From an uncultured Nitrospiraceae bacterium (GTDB taxonomy: Bacteria; Nitrospirota; Nitrospiria; Nitrospirales; Nitrospiraceae), in assembly GCA_963846575.1 (NCBI GenBank), contig CAWJWJ010000002.1:2624001-2688000 (forward strand): 64,000 nt of DNA, given 5' to 3'. Made by a program: the position numbers and the translations under genes. This document shows, one piece after another, positions 62,514-64,000 of this stretch; position 1 is the first letter of the stretch; each line of letters opens with the position of its first letter. The notes beneath the pieces are model-generated. The model did not search any database and had not been told where the DNA came from. It saw nothing but the letters and a program-made list of their open reading frames with translations.

Positions 62514-63239
62514 TCAGGCTTCCGCCGCACCGTAACCGGCCAGCTCGTGATCGTTCATGGCGAGGACTGTCTCCCATTCCGTATCGAAGCGACCATCCTC
62601 GATTTCCTTGATCCGGGTCTCCAGGCCCGAAGCCTTCTCCGTCAAATGGGCCCCTTGCACCCGACTGGCAAAGAGCGCAACGAGGTTGGGAGCAATGTCG
62701 GCAGGACAGACCGGGTTACACATCCCGCACATCACACAGTCCATAAACATCTCGGAGACGCTTTTGAATTCCCCGAACACCGCTTTCCAGACGCCGGCTC
62801 GCACGTCGATTTTCTGGGGGCAGGCCTGCGTGCAGGCGTCACAGTTTTTGCAGAGCGGCGCTTCAGGATAGAGAGCGAGCAGGTCTTTTTTGGGATCCTT
62901 CAGCGTGTGAATGTCATACAGAGCCTTGCGGACCGGGAACGGAGGCATGAACCTGAAAGACATGCCGTCCTGGATGGCCAGTTGGCAGGCCAGACCCGAC
63001 CGGACCTTAGGATCATCCTTCGTGTGATAGTAGGTTGCGCAAGCGCCGCAAAACCCGCCGAGGCAGCCCGCTCCCCGCACCACCTCGCGGCCCGAGAACC
63101 ACAAGGCTTTCAGCGCCGTCATCCCCTCCGGGACCTGATAGGCTGTGCCGGCAAAGTCGATGGTTACCAACCTCCCGAGGTGCCCGTCGGCTTGATCAAT
63201 AATGTTGGCGTCTTCTTGTGTCATGCGGCACTGAGTCAT
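62514..63239 (-). CDS. Iron-sulfur protein, [2Fe-2S] + 2x[4Fe-4S] (SdhB/FrdB-like)
   Basis: GCLGGFCGAC...ACQ; CKNCDACTQACP; CVMCGMCNPVCP. Confidence 0.88.
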   Translation of the reverse strand: MTQCRMTQEDANIIDQADGHLGRLVTIDFAGTAYQVPEGMTALKALWFSGREVVRGAGCLGGFCGACATYYHTKDDPKVRSGLACQLAIQDGMSFRFMPPFPVRKALYDIHTLKDPKKDLLALYPEAPLCKNCDACTQACPQKIDVRAGVWKAVFGEFKSVSEMFMDCVMCGMCNPVCPADIAPNLVALFASRVQGAHLTEKASGLETRIKEIEDGRFDTEWETVLAMNDHELAGYGAAEA

Positions 63240-63692
63240 TGCAAAAGAGGCGCGCTTCGTTCCCCCCTACCGGAAGGTCCAGGCGCAGCCACCTGTCAGT
63301 ATGTCACAGGAGAGTCGTATGAGGAAATCTCGATTCGCCCAGGGTAGGTGACGCGCAGTCTCAGAATAGTGCGAACGGGCGACTCGGAACTTCTGTTTCT
63401 TGCCGACCCGGGTCATCGGCGCCTCTTGAGAGGCAGCAGTCGACCATGGCGTATTCAGATCACCGGCGTAGGTCGGCTAAGGCCAAAGGCCGCCGATGAA
63501 TCCGCATGAGCTTCCACACGAGTTCAGCCTCCGGAGTGTCACCCCGATCCATCCATCAGTCTTGAGACGGACATGAGCCATCGAACGGACTGACCATGCT
63601 CACACGGCATCAATTGGTGCCGCAATTCAAGACAACAGGGCAGTTCAGCGCCTCACTCGATTGACCCGGGCGAGACATTTTCCCCCGACCGG

Positions 63693-63722
63693 CCCTTGAT
63701 TTTTTCCCCGCCACACTTACCT
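63693..63722 (+). promoter_or_regulatory. Putative RpoH-like heat-shock promoter
   Basis: CCCTTG-N17-CTTACCT upstream of hsp20. Confidence 0.4.
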
Positions 63723-63776
63723 CCGCCATAGCAGAGGTACAAGAGATCAATTAATAACGTACACAGGAGGTGCACC

Positions 63777-64000
63777 ATGGCAGTTGTGAGATGGGACCCC
63801 TTGCGGGAGTTGGAGGAAATGTCCGATCGACTCAACCGGGTCATATCGAGACCGGGCGGTGGGCCAGTCGGCACTAACGGCAAAGAAACGATGACCGTAG
63901 CGGACTGGATCCCCACTGTGGACATCAGCGAAACTGAAGCAGAATACACAATTCTGGCCGAACTCCCTGGAGTGAAAAAGCAGGACGTGAAGGTCACGGT
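63777..64000 (+). CDS. Hsp20/alpha-crystallin small heat-shock protein (truncated by window edge; not in ORF track)
   Basis: AGGAGG RBS; MAVVRWDPLRELEEMSDRLNR...WIPTVDISETEAEYTILAELPGVKKQDVKVT. Confidence 0.93.
   Translation, partial: MAVVRWDPLRELEEMSDRLNRVISRPGGGPVGTNGKETMTVADWIPTVDISETEAEYTILAELPGVKKQDVKVT

Overview
GC-rich bacterial chromosomal window. Gene content and order fit Nitrospira/Nitrospirota best; this is inference, no search was run. (1) 1-15.4 kb, minus strand: type IV pilin and surface-glycan locus. It has two tandem pilin paralogues, each with its own sigma54 promoter and a shared upstream palindrome, then an O-antigen-ligase/TPR gene, a PilG/H/I-like ABC module, Wzm/Wzt, a three-domain glycosyltransferase and four SAM methyltransferases. 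(2) 15.5-31.3 kb: housekeeping genes (TPR lipoprotein, dnaB, hisZ, serA, class V aminotransferase, MltD-like, YfgM-like, bioF, pilT, pilU, cytochrome c, FGE-sulfatase protein). (3) 31.6-44 kb: type I secretion locus (HlyB/HlyD) with a ~2,280-aa RTX protein. Its N-terminal GHSLGG lipase domain is hidden by frameshifts, and it appears translationally coupled to an upstream signal-peptide protein, making a candidate toxin/immunity pair. (4) 44-64 kb: accessory oxygen/iron/envelope-stress region (cydAB, Tat dioxygenase-like, lipocalin, YihY, bacterioferritin with a degenerate ferroxidase centre, PAS/Zn-finger sensor, signal-peptide KatG broken by ~8 frameshifts, Fe-S protein, Hsp20). Two indel-dense zones (~37.95-38.95 kb and ~59.7-62.1 kb) look more like unpolished long-read errors than decay. 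No rRNA, tRNA, CRISPR, integrase or IS was recognised.
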